From positions 303,862,001-303,926,000 of the forward strand of contig OZ024742.1 in assembly GCA_964016885.1 (NCBI GenBank): a DNA stretch of 64,000 nt, read 5' to 3'. Positions 40,986-56,300 of this stretch are shown here, piece after piece; the first letter of the stretch is position 1; the number at the start of each line of letters is the position of its first letter. Source of the stretch: Eledone cirrhosa (taxonomy: Eukaryota). Made by a program: the position numbers and the translations under genes. The notes beneath the pieces were generated by a model. The model did not search any database and had not been told where the DNA came from. It saw nothing but the letters and a program-made list of their open reading frames with translations.

Positions 40986-42169
40986 TACTAAATGATTTGA
41001 ACACAACTTTGATAATTGTCTAATTTATTTATTTTCCTGCTCTGTAAAACAACTGATATTCTTACATTGAGCTATTTCTCTTACTGGTAATAAGGTAGTA
41101 GTAAATTACTGACCTTTCCTGTTTATAGTTGTTTAAAGCATATACATAACTATAAATAGTATTATTATTATTATTATTATATATATATATGAGGTATGTC
41201 AAAAAAGAAAATGAAACGCAAAAAAACCCAACATATTTTAAATCCAAACTAGAAGTTTTCTCCTTCGAAATAATCCTCCTCGAATCTAACCCCCCCCCCC
41301 CCTCATTCGCCACACCTCCATGAATTTCAGGAAGGATTCTTTGGGTATTATTCACATATCAGGGCCCTCTCGATTGCTTCCATGTCCGGAAAACGGGTCC
41401 AGTTAACAAAAGCATGTGAAAAAAGAAAAAACATACAAAAGCTGCTGAGAACTGAGTTTGCTGTTAAATACTCCCCAGATATTACGTCTCACGGCGACGA
41501 AACCTGCTAATCCTTATTTCACTCATATAACACACAGCACACTAAGTCCTGTTACTTTTCTGACACGCCTCCTATAGTATGCTGCGGTAACCTGTATTAT
41601 TATAAAACTTACATTTATTTAGTATAGTATATTTTCAGTACACTACGCTATACATTGAGAATATAGTTCATAAACATAATCAATTCCTCCTTCTGATGTT
41701 ACAATATATTACATGTCATATATTATTTCACTTTGCAAACACTCATTCCTTATATACTGGCACCATATCCAAGTAAAGTGTACAAAATACGATCTAATTT
41801 GCCGACATTCGTGATGTGTATGAATTTTTAATGAACTGTCTGACTCCATAGTCATCGTTGTGATCGGTTTCAATAAGGATCATTCAAATCATCCTCTAAT
41901 ATTATCCTTCACCCCAAAGCTAACATTATTGTCTACGAAGATGTTTAGGAGAGTACTTGAAAGTTTTACTCCAAGGAAAATTTAGCTCTCAGTCTCTCTC
42001 TCTAGCTCTGTCTCTCTCCCTCTCATTAAGTACACACACACATATATATATATATTTATATATTATTAGTACAGATTAAAGTTTAAGCAAAGAATCGCTA
42101 CTTTCACCCTATTTTGGTCTTCATAATTTAATTATTATTGCTATATATATATATATAACCATGACCAGT

Positions 42170-42209
42170 CCGAGCTGAAGATCCACTAAGGTGAAACAAT
42201 TGTTCTCGG
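42170..42209 (+). ncRNA. Minimal type I hammerhead in a solo pLTR fragment (about 42158-42300)
   Basis: CCGAG-CTGAAGA-TCCACTAAGGT-GAAA-CAATTG-TT-CTCGG. Perfect stem I, palindromic stem III, weak stem II. Confidence 0.75.
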
Positions 42210-42333
42210 TATGGTGAATTAACTATTGTGTTACAACTTCTACTTAACTCGTCCCATGGACTGAGTGAACTACCACTACGGATATTACCTTCCAGTGTTC
42301 TACCTCTCTCTCTCTCTCTCACAAACAAACTCA

Positions 42334-42416
<83 letters not shown>

Positions 42417-42483
42417 CAGGTTTAGCAAATAATGAAAAAGTTTCAAAATAAATTAAAAAAAATTGACTTTACCTACTATAGTT

Positions 42484-42567
42484 ACCTTTACCGAATCGGT
42501 TTCGAATCTCAAAAATAAACGGAGACCATACGGCCTTCGTTGCAAAGAAAGATTCTCGTCAGAAGGT
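42484..42567 (-). ncRNA. Type I hammerhead ribozyme in an ORF-less element (about 42416-42870) between (TA)n tracts
   Basis: ACCTT-CTGACGA-GAATCT...AGATTC-GAAA-CCG-ATT-CGG-TA-AAGGT; all three stems pair. Confidence 0.9.
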
Positions 42568-42866
42568 TCTTTTCATTCGAAGAATATAAAATTCTTGAAT
42601 TTAAATTACGAACTAGCGCTATCCAAAACTGTTCCCGAGATGAGAGTGAATGAAGTGGAATCAATTTTTTCAAGGGCCGAAGTAAATATAGAGGCAGAGG
42701 GAGGTAGGTCAAACGGCCACCACTATCACTAGCAGCAGTCGGAACGACCAACTTTTTTTCTCAACATAGAGGAGATAAGTAATAATAGGATATGTGTTCC
42801 TACACGCACAAAACGCTAAGGGACACATGTATTGTCCAACCATATGCCAATGTGGTTCAATGGCAG

Positions 42867-42951
<85 letters not shown>

Positions 42952-42959
<8 letters not shown>

Positions 42960-43302
42960 AATAACAGGAGGCTGGACTGGTGTACAGCCTTGAAAGTTAA
43001 ATGATACTGTGATCATTTCAATGACAGGGTTCAGTATGAAATATATTATATTTTGAATACCTGATGATGTCACCGGATTCATACTGAAGCCGGTCATTGA
43101 AATGATCATCGTATAATAAACCTTTCAAGGATTTACACCAGTCCAGCTTCCTGTTATTTTATAATAATTAACTCCGTACTCGCACCACCAACTACACAAA
43201 CGAAGACGGGTGAGTTGCATTACGTTGAGTGCTCTCCATAATATTACATCGAGATTGTCCGTACGTAATGACCAGTTCTATCAAGAGGTGAACCAACAGA
43301 CC

Positions 43303-43305
<3 letters not shown>
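42952..43305 (+). mobile_element. ORF-less hammerhead fold-back element
   Basis: 42952-43040 is inverted at 43078-43166; the tail runs to (TA)n at about 43305. Confidence 0.82.
43057..43114 (+). ncRNA. Minimal type I hammerhead ribozyme
   Basis: ATAC-CTGATGA-TGTCACCGG...CCGGTCATT-GAAA-TGATCA-TC-GTAT, then AATAAA at 43115. Confidence 0.85.
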
Positions 43306-45249
<1,944 letters not shown>

Positions 45250-45887
45250 TACATTACAAGTGTTGTGAGAATTAAAAAAAAATTGAATGTGATGTTCGGA
45301 ATATACAATTGTTTAGTGGGATGTCCAACGTCTATCCGTGATGTTTTGAGATTCAGTAGTATGGTAATGTGGAATCTGTCAACCATCCGTGATGTATTGA
45401 GAAATGCATTCACAAATATATTATGAAATTGAATATCATCTTTTTCATTTTACACAGAAGTGTGCATGAGGTATTTTTGTATATAGTAAACATATATAAG
45501 TCAAGCTGGAGGGATTGTAAGCTATTATACTGAACCATAACGCATATGCTCTCATATACATCTCTATTATGAATCATGTTAAGTTAGTGCTACTACGAAT
45601 TTATCCTAAGCAGTCAAGCTCGAATAATATGCAAATGAGATTATCCAGAAGATGTTTAATAGTAAAGATATATATAATATATATAATAGTAAAGATATAT
45701 ATAATATAATAATATATATATAATATATAATATAATATATAACATAATATATATAATAGTAAAGATATATATAATATAGTAAATATATATATAATAGTAA
45801 AGATTTTATTTTCCTCTCTTTCTTTCTCTCTCTCTTTCTTTCTAGTCTTTTCTTATTTCTCTCTCTCTGACTCTCTCTATATACATA

Positions 45888-46330
45888 CATGGTGGCTGCA
45901 ACTCGATTTCGAGTAATACCATCGCTTGATATTTAAACATGAGCATTACGGACGTGGATTTTTAGTTCTGATAGGGACTTGCCTATGACCAGCAATACCA
46001 TGCATCACAAAAAAATAAAACATATCAAGCGATGCCGGTGTTTGAAGCATTTTAAAGTGAGGAATGGATTTGCACGGGGCTAATCCCACTCTCTGAACGT
46101 CGAATGCATTTGCCCAAAAAGAAGAACTGGTCTACATCATTTGATGCAACCGAAATCACAGGTCATATAAAAGTGACCTTCTCCTTAATGAAGACTAGGA
46201 ATCTCTCGCTCCACAAAAAGGAAATAAATAATTGATTGGATAGCCGTTGACTCTCCTGAGTTCCTCCTTTTTGACGGGTTTTGATTTTCATCTCGCAGGG
46301 TTTCCAAATTCAACCACCTCCCCAAGAAAG
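45888..46330. mobile_element. Diverged member of the (TACA)n-associated repeat
   Basis: Blocks shared with 14647-14970. Confidence 0.45.
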
Positions 46331-46929
46331 CTTACATACATGCATATATACATACGTACATACATACATACATGCTTGCATACATGTACACATGCATACA
46401 TACATACATTAATACATACATACATATAGTACGCAGCAAGCATGTATCATATGTATGTCGACAAACATACATACATAAATACACACATGTATACATACAT
46501 ACATACATATAGTACGCAGCAACCATGTATCATATGTATGTATACAATACTAAATATACGAATACTCAAAGCCAATATGATGACTAAATATGATCATAAA
46601 ATAAGCAAAGTTACTCTGTTCTTTAGAGACGATGTGTCTCGATATATTTCAGTCTATGTATTCGTTCATTATAGCCCGAAAGGATAATCTGTCCCGAGTT
46701 CATTCTTTTAATTTCTTATTCATCGAAAAAGCAAATTTCATTTCATTATTCATGATATCTTATAACTATTCGCTTTGCATCCTTATTTATTTATAATACC
46801 TTCATCTCATTTTTCCTCACTTTCCACACAGCTTTCTTTCTTAATCACTCTCTGCTTCTATATTTATCCATCTATCAATCAATCTATTGGTCTGTCCTTC
46901 TCTATCTCTCCACCTCTCTCTCTCTCTCG

Positions 46930-47001
<72 letters not shown>

Positions 47002-48069
47002 ATCTATATTATATATATATATATAAACATACATTTATACATATTTACACATACATCCACAGACTAATATACATGCGCACACGTATATATATTCATATAC
47101 ATTCGTATATATATGTATACACACATACACACACAGATACCGACACACACAGTTACACACATACACACGCACACACACATATATACATATATATATATGT
47201 TAGTTAAGAAATTCGATTCACAATGATGAGCGCAGTATCCTGGTCAAGTGTCATTTAACATAGCCCTAAGTCAACCCATGCTATGTGAGTGAAACGTGGT
47301 ATACAGAAATTTATGGCGGCTCCTTGGATGGACTCTGGCTACAATTAAGGTGCAGCCTTGTCCCACATTATCATACTGATTCCACTTGAGAAATATAGCA
47401 GGTGTACACGTGTGAGAAGAAGAAACACCCACTTCCAACACTAATTTGATGAGTAGATCGTTTTATTTTGTTTTGTTTATTGGGCTGTAGTATAACACAA
47501 TTGTTCCTTGCTGTAACAAAGTTAGATAGAATAATATTAACATCTGTATAACCCAAATGCCAAATAGGCGATTAATCTTAGGTGCAATATTTATAATGCA
47601 ATTGGCACCGAAATGAATATCAAGTATGGTGTCAGACACATGAGCAGCCTACACACGCCATTAACATATAACTTGTGACCTGAGATTCTAATAGTCATAT
47701 TTAAGATTAAAATTCCATTATGCAAGTCATACCATGAGGAAAGGGAGGTAAAAAATGCACATAACATTTAAAATCATTTAAAATCATATGACATTAAAAA
47801 TAAACCAATAACATTCTCAATGATGAAACCGTGAGCGTCTGTATAAGTTGAAAAATTAGTGACTTACCTTCAAATTCCAATCACAAAATATTGTTCAACA
47901 TGAAGATGTAGTAGAAGATAATGCTTCTGAAGACAGATCTATGTAGTTTCGAAGCGAATTCCTTAAACACACAACTTAATCTTTTCACCATGCTGAAGGT
48001 GCCTGAACGTCCAATTTTACAGTCGAAACAATAGAAGAAATAATTCAAACTCTTGAAATGAAAGCAAGA

Positions 48070-48790
48070 GAATTTATGTGGTGGCTCGGAATGTACGTAC
48101 ATTGCACGACCAGAAGAAACAACCTGAGCGGAGAAAAGTTATCGTTGCGCGTGCGCTGAAGGAAAAACGTATTGACATTGCTGCCTTGTCAGATGCTCTG
48201 GTCAGCTTAAGGAAATTCGCGTTGGTTACACCTTTCGATTTGGCAAACTTGAACCAGAAAAAATATGGAGTGCGCTATACGTTCAGAATTGACATTACAA
48301 AAATCTTGAATCATTGTAAACGGGCATAAATAAGCGTCTTATGAATTTACAACTTGCAATTGGTAAAAACAAGCATGTTAGCTGCTATGCCCCAATCTTG
48401 AAATCTTCTGACACTATCAAAAAATCAGATTTACACTGATTTTCGTGACTTTTAAACCGTTTGCCAAGACATGAAAAGATCATAGCCATGGCTGATTTCC
48501 ATGCTCCCGAAGATGTAGACCATCTTAACCGTCAACATTTTCTCGTTAAACATAGCATAAGTAAAATCAATTCAAATGGACTTTCTTTGCTCTTTCTGTG
48601 CGGCGGATTGGTCTCTGTGTAACAAATACCTTCTTTCAACTGGTCAGTAAATATAAAATCAACTAGAGGCACCCTAGATCAGGTAATGGGCATATTCTCG
48701 ACTATGTCATGGTGCGCAGACACGTTGAAAGGGATCTTACACAAAGTGCTGGTCAGACCATGCTTTAGTGCGAATTCTCATGAAAATGAA
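48070..48790 (+). pseudogene. Decayed RTE-clade LINE APE endonuclease
   Basis: ARNVRTLHD...PERR...IDIAALS; later CYAP, MADFHA, TNTFFQ, HPRS and LDYV-like motifs in shifting frames. Confidence 0.75.
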
Positions 48791-49003
48791 ATTAAGGCAA
48801 ACGTTACACGATTCACGTTTTGCAGATCACTATGGGATTACATACACATTCCTTTCGATACATGCAGTTCATTGTTGATAAGTCTACTTCAGTAGCTAGG
48901 GATTTCGGGGTAACGATTACCATAATGATGTCTGGACTCATGGCTCAACCAAGGCGAGGAAATAGTCTCTAAAATCAGCGAAGGATTTATGTTGAAGGCA
49001 AAA

Positions 49004-49059
<56 letters not shown>

Positions 49060-49060
49060 A

Positions 49061-51330
49061 TCTGCACACTCTTTGCCCAACCACCTTGACCCCTCCGCTT
49101 CCACCTCTTTCACTCCTTCACGTCCCTGAACTGTAGTTACCATACCCCAGGACCTACCACTCTCCGAAGCTGAGCGCTCCCGCCTCGCCCGTGGTTTGCG
49201 TTTTATACCAACCACATCTACCTGCGACGAGTTCCACATACGTGCCGAGACTGAAGGGTTCTTCCGTCGATTAAAGCTGAAAGCTTTTTTTCACGACACG
49301 CCATCATCAACACAGACGGATGATTTATTTCGTCTCAGTCACCGGCAATCACATTGGACGCCGAGCTCTGGCCAGTTCAGCACCCTCGACTCCTTTGGGT
49401 CAATACTTGCCGGCGTACTGTGAATCGGTTCCGTTTCCACCAGCATTCTCGTCGCTCTAACATCACGCGAACTGAGCTCTCCGCTCTTCACAACCTTCGG
49501 TGTCGCGATGACATTGTCATCAAACCCGCTAACAAAGGTGGCGTTGTCGTGGTTTGGAGCGCTGACCTCTATAGGGCTGAGGCTCGCCGCCAGCTTCACA
49601 ATACCCTTTTTTACCTCCCTTTATCCTCCGACCACACTCCTGGCTACCAACACCTCGTGTACTCCACCATCCACGAGCTCATCTCCTCCTCTCACCCCCC
49701 CCCCCCCCCCAGGCCACCAACCTCGCAGACCCACCATCTACTTCTCCCAAAATAATCCTGGTCGTCATATCGTTTCTGCGTGTCCCACCGAGATAATTTC
49801 TGAATATTTAGAAACCATCCTCACCCCGTTGGTCGGCAATCTCCCCTCCCACATCCACGATACCAATCTCCCCTCCTACATCCACGATACCAATCATGCC
49901 CTTAGACTTTTCAACTCTTTCTCCTTCACTCCTGGTCCCTCCTGCCTTCTCTTTACCCTGGACATCACTTCTCTCTATAACGTCATCCCTCATGATGAGG
50001 GCCTCCGCGCTCTCCAGCATTTTTTAGATTTACGCCCTACCCCTTACCCCAGCACTACCACTCTTCTCCGTCTGGCTGAGCTTGTTCTCACCCTTCATGG
50101 ATTTTCTTTTTCGGGTGAATTTTACCAGCAGGTCGCTGGGATAGCGATGGCGACCAGAATGGGTCCAAAATATGCTAACTTTTTTGTTGGCTACGTCGAA
50201 GCCCAGATCTTCTCTCTGTACGCTGGACCGACTCCTGAGCTATACGGTCGTTATATCGACGACTGTATCGGCTCCACCTCTCTCTCACGAGAACAGCTCG
50301 TCTGTTTTCTTTCTTTTGTCCAATATTTCCATCTTGCTCTCAATTTCACCGCCTCCGTCTCCGATTCTTCTGTCGCTTTTCTAGATATCTCTCTATCTAT
50401 TAATCTCTCTCACCACACTCTCTCTACTTCCACCTACATTAAACCAACAGACTCCCAATCCTATCTCGACTTCACCTCCTCCCATCCAACCCACACCAAA
50501 CACTCCATAGCCTATTCCCAATTCCTCTGTCTTCATCGACTCTGTAGCCAGGACGACGATTTCGAAACCCATTCCCTTCGCATGGCTTCCTGCTTCATCC
50601 AGCGTGGATTTCCCCCCACCTTGATCCAAGCTGCTCTCACCCGCGCCCGTGAAACAGACCGCACCACAGCCCTCTCACCCACCCCCGCCCTCCCAACACC
50701 CGTGTTCCTTTCCCTCTCATATACCACCGCATAACCCTACCAATCCGGCGACATATCCTCCGTTCCTTCCGTATCCTCTCTTCTGACCCCGCCACTTCTC
50801 GCTTTTTTCCAAACCCACCCATTACTGATTTTAAGCGCGCCCGCAATCTCCGCGACCCCCTGGTTCGCAGTTCTTTTTCGTCCTCTCCCACGACACTACC
50901 TGGCTCTCATCCTTGTTCCCGTTCCCGCTGCTACACTTGTCCCTTTATTTCCACCCTCTTACAGACACTAACGGGTCTTTCCACTCTTACAGACACTAAC
51001 GGGTCTTTCCGTATCCGCCATTCCATCACCTGCACATCCATCCACGTTGTCTATGCCCTCCGGTGTTCCCTTTCCCCATATATCGGACAAATGGGACGCC
51101 GTATGGCGGACCGATTTGCCGAACATTTGAGGGACATACGACTCGGTCTGGATACTCCTGTCGCCCGTCATTTCTGTTCTCCTGGTCATTCTTCCCTACA
51201 TGTTTCAGTCCTGGGTGTCCTTTTACATCATGGATCACAGGCTTCGCGCACCATGACTGAGCAAAGTCTGATTCACCGTCTTGGGTCCTATTCCCCTCTT
51301 GCGCTCAACTCACCTCCCCAATTTCTCTAA
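49061..51330 (+). mobile_element. Penelope-like element, Neptune-type, decayed RT + GIY-YIG
   Basis: GLRFIPT, FFRRLKLKAFF, DIVIKPANKGGVVV, LDITSLY, QVAGIAMATRMGP, RYIDD, KPTDSQSYL, CSRSRCYTC, TCTSIHVVYALRC, YIGQMGR...RFAEH. Starts at (CTAT)n; frameshifts and small tandem duplications. Confidence 0.9.
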
Positions 51331-51871
51331 TACCGCGTCCATTATCACACCCCTTGATTCCTATCGCTTTCTCTTGATCATTAGCAACTTCTCTTACTAC
51401 TAATACATGCCGATACACACCCTTATATTAACATACGTTTGCTCATAGCTTCGTACTTACATGCACACACACTCTTTTACTCACACACATATCTTCTTAG
51501 CTTCGTACGGACGTATAATAACACACACACAGACAAACTCATGCTTACGCACGTGCTCAAGTATAGCGCTTTTTACAAAACGGTTTTTTTTTCCATTTCA
51601 GGTAGACGCCTGCCATCATCCACTTTTCTAAAAAACAAATCATACACAAAACGTCAGCACCAACAGTTTTGCAAGAGATGTCAACATGAATGGACCTGTT
51701 ATTTTTATCTAAAGACATTTTTTCCAACTCCAACCCGCCCGTCTCCTCAATCTATTTTATTTCTCATTCTTTCTTCCGAAACGTTAAGACCCTCTTCCTG
51801 CTATATCAAGCGTTAACCTAATATATACCTTCCACATACTGTACCGATTGTGTTGTTATTTCTGTTTACCC

Positions 51872-51938
<67 letters not shown>

Positions 51939-52306
51939 GAAATTGTTCAGATATTTATTGCAAAGAATAGTTCGAAGCTCAAATCTGATATTTATAGTCC
52001 ACTGCTATATATGTAAATGACAGTTCAGAATATATATCTAGGAATGTAAAAAACAACAACAACGTACGAGTACAAGTTACAAATGGTAATAGGTGCACGC
52101 TTAGTGAGAGTGGTTGTGTGTATATATATATATACGCCTTCAGGGACCAGGGTCCGGTGCATGAGTTCCATTATAGGGTATATTGTACGATTAATTGAGC
52201 TCGGTGTTAGATGTATCTATGTTCAAGATAAAGCAAACGTTGGTCTTAGTTACGCACACACAGACATGCATATATGTACTATGTACACACGCACACACAC
52301 ACACAT

Positions 52307-52352
<46 letters not shown>

Positions 52353-52901
52353 CATTTCAATAAAAATATGAATGCTTTTGACTATTGCATCACAGTCTGC
52401 TGATCGGAATACCTGGATCACAAATCCAGCTACCTATTAGACCGTACAACTTACACACACACACACACACACACATATATATGCATGTGTTGGGGGTATC
52501 TATTTGTCTGTTTTATTTTCATCTATCTATCTATCCCTCTGTTTAACTTTCTTCAATGGCCTAATAGCATCTTACATTCTCTATATCTCATGATTTCTGT
52601 GCCTCTCTATTATTCTTTACCACTATCTCTCCCTCTCCCCCCACCACACACACACACGCACACACACATACATAGAGACACCCAGACGCATACACAACAC
52701 ACACTACCCTTCCCTTCTCCTCCCCGTCACGTTCTTACTTTCGGCATTTTTTCTGTTCGTCTCTTTCTTTCCAACTTCTCAATCCATTCTGTTCATATTA
52801 AGTTATGATTGTTTCTCCCTGCCTGTATATCTCTGTCTCTCTCTTTCTCTCATTATCCTTCCCTCTCCCACTCTCTCTTTCTCTCTCATTCTTTCTCTCG
52901 A

Positions 52902-52970
<69 letters not shown>

Positions 52971-53039
52971 ATAATAAATGTGAAGACTAAACACATTTTT
53001 TCTCCTCTGCTGCTACCCGTCTGTTTCGTTCTTTGTATC

Positions 53040-53595
53040 TTTACCCTTTCTAGCAGTCTCTCTCTCTGTTAGCCTCTTCCTCACCCTTCACTCACTCATT
53101 CTCTGTCACTACCTCTCTTCCTCCTCTTTCTTCCCGTTTGACCTGTGTGTAATTCTTTTCTCTCGCACGCTTGCCAAGCTGGTATGAATTTTTTTTCTCT
53201 CTCTCGTCTACGATTTCACAGAACTTATGTTTACCGAATTCGCAGACCAGACCCCTTCTCCCCCCCCCCCCGTTAGATCTGTGGGAAATTCCTTCCTTGC
53301 TCACATTTCAACCAGGTTTGATGGTCTTTATTCTCTCGTTCACGATTTCACCGAATTTAAATTCATAGAAATCTGCGACTTGTCTCTTTCTTCATCACTT
53401 TCTGTTGCTTAAACCATTTTGTTTGTTTACCCTCGCATCCCCTTTATTTACGTGTCCCAACGACTTTTTTTAGCCGTTGCTCGCACCAACCGGAGGTATA
53501 TGGTCTTTAAAGTGATGAAATGCCTATGACGGTTGGAAGATCACTGATGAAGGACAAACTTTTTCATATGTAACCCATTTGCAACGCCGCAGCTC
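53040..53595 (+). mobile_element. Second copy of the 9538-10455 pLTR-like family
   Basis: Shares CTCTCTGTTAGCCTCTTCCTCAC, TAGCCGTTGCTCGCACCAACCGGAGGTATATG and GGTTGGAAGATCACTGATGAAGGAC. Confidence 0.8.
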
Positions 53596-53660
53596 CATTA
53601 TTATCATATTTACATATATATATACATACATACACAGACGCACACAAATATATATATATG

Positions 53661-53734
<74 letters not shown>

Positions 53735-54326
53735 CGTGTGTGTGTGTGTCTGTGTTTGTGCGTCTCTCTCCCTCTCTCGGTTTCTCAATCTCATTATCTC
53801 ACCCCACCGCAGTCTACACTCACATACGCTTCTGCTTCACCACTTTCTCTGTCTCTACGAAATATCTTTCATATCCTCCATTTCACTTTTACTTCCACCT
53901 CACTCCGCCTTTCTCTCACCAGTTCACTTTCCCTCCATTCTCATAATACCACACCAACTTCATCATAGTCTTCTCTCCTCGCCATTGCCTACAATCTCAT
54001 ACCGACACTTAAACGATAATTGTATCTTACTTTCTATTTATTTTATATATTTATTATTTTATTTTATTAATTTTTTTTTTGTTGTAATTATCTCTCTTTG
54101 TTTCGGCCATATATTTTTTAAATGCATTTATTCTTTCTTACTCTCTTTATTTTTATCTTTCTTTTTCCCGCCAGACGATTCCTTTAAAGCAATGAATTCA
54201 CACCTCGCGCCCGTTGCACTGTCAGCGTTCATTTTTCATATTTCTATCCAACATCAAAAACACTCTACTCTAATATCTCTTCGTCGATATTTGATATATT
54301 ATACACACACACACATATGTACACAC

Positions 54327-54370
<44 letters not shown>

Positions 54371-54449
54371 GGTTTGTGTGTTCGTGTATATATATGTATA
54401 TATATATATATATATGTGTGTGTATATATATATGTGTACAAATATATAC

Positions 54450-54487
<38 letters not shown>

Positions 54488-54538
54488 GTATGTATATATA
54501 TATACATATATATATGTATGTATATATACATATGTATG

Positions 54539-54574
<36 letters not shown>

Positions 54575-54581
54575 AACATAC

Positions 54582-54646
<65 letters not shown>

Positions 54647-55383
54647 CACATATATATATATATACACACATATACACGAACACACAAACCGCATATATAT
54701 ATATATGCATGTGCGTGTGTGAGCACGTGTGTATGTGTGTATTTATGCACGCGAGTATATATATATTTACATACACACATTATACAGAGCATATATACAT
54801 ATATGTGTGTATGCCAGTGTATTTATCTTTGTATCTTTCTTTTCTACCATTCATATTTTTGCTATTTTTTTTTCCTTATTATAAATTCATTTTATCCTGT
54901 CTTATTTTATTTCATTAGTTATTTTTCTCATTATTCTAGCTCCATATCATTCATGTGGTATGTCTTCATCTGTTAAATCTAACTTTTAATTCGTCTTCTT
55001 TCTGGACTTTCTTTTCCTTCTCATTCTACCTTTTCTTCATGTTCAACTGTTTTTGTCGTCGGTGATGTCTGTCCTCTACCTCCTATCGCGTCTTCTTCTT
55101 CTTCTTCTTCTTTATTCTATTCAATTTACTTCATTTAGTTTCTCTTCAAATTTTCACCGTCTTTTGATCACATTTCATATGTTTGTTATTAATTTTAACA
55201 TTTTTTTTCTTTCTTTCTTTCAAATTTTTCATGTATTTAACTGAATTTCTTTCCATTTAAACATTTTTAATTGTGCTTCTTGTTTCAATTGTTGTGTTTT
55301 GTAGTTGTTTTTCTCGCTTCTCTTTCATTCTAAATTTTGAAATTAACAGATATTTGATTATCTAATACCTGTATATATATATA

Positions 55384-55427
<44 letters not shown>

Positions 55428-56189
55428 ATTCTTTATTATGTTTAAGTGATGAGTCTTGTTACTCTGGAATTTCACTTTTGTACCTGCTGGACAGTGTTTT
55501 GTCTGATGATATATGTACGTGAGGGTGTGTGCGTCTGTGTGTATGTGTGGGTGTGGTGAGAGAGAGAAAGAAAGAGAGAGATCATGTGTGTGTGTACTTG
55601 ATTATTTTACATTCATATGAAATTACTTAATTACTTTTAACTTTTACTTCCAGTCATAACTAAGTTTCCTATTACTATGAAAGTGTCGGAGACTTTAAGG
55701 CACGGATTCCTTAAGATCTTAAAGAGAAAACGATATATTGTCAATGAACGGACAACACATCGTCTTACTTATGTAAAATAATAACTTCAGAAGGGCTTTA
55801 ACAGTCGAAATAAACAATCCTTTATTAAATGATACATTTAATAAACTCTATACAAAAGTTAATTCAATCCCTACATACCTTGCTGATTAACAGAAATGGC
55901 TTAATTATTATTTTATGGACAGAGCTAAACGAAAGGATATGTGTGTATGCAGGAGACGAGGCGTCACAAAGTCTTTGGTTCCAAACGAAGGCATTCCATA
56001 GAGTACACCCACCAAGTCAGGCCGTCATAATCGGAGGAGAATATTTGTACGTCCGCTTTCCATTGTAGCCAGCGTGGAAGAGAGAGATCAGCTACCCTTT
56101 TCACTGAATAGCCTCTCCTATATTTTAGATAGTGCCAATACAAGGGAAGTAACTCGCTAGTCACTACAATCTGGACATTATCTAGCACT

Positions 56190-56300
56190 GAGTTCAAATC
56201 CCGCCGAGGTTGACTTTGCCTTTCATCCTTATGGGGTCGATAAAATAAAGTACCAGTAAGGCACTGGGTAATTGCTGGCCTTGTGCCTAAAGTAGAAACA
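56190..56300 (+). mobile_element. 5'-truncated SINE with 13-bp TSD
   Basis: ATTATCTAGCACT at 56177-56189 and 56301-56313. Confidence 0.92.

Larger units (their letters stand above)
36048..41165 (-). mobile_element. Near full-length Penelope-like element (YRDD-type RT) with direct pLTRs and an inverted arm
   Basis: Direct repeats 36048-36688 and 40246-40900. 40899-41165 is the inversion of 40107-40378. RT and EN ORF remnants lie between. Confidence 0.93.

Noticed and set aside
47230-47370. SINE-like remnant
   Set aside because: Only vague similarity; no head or TSD.
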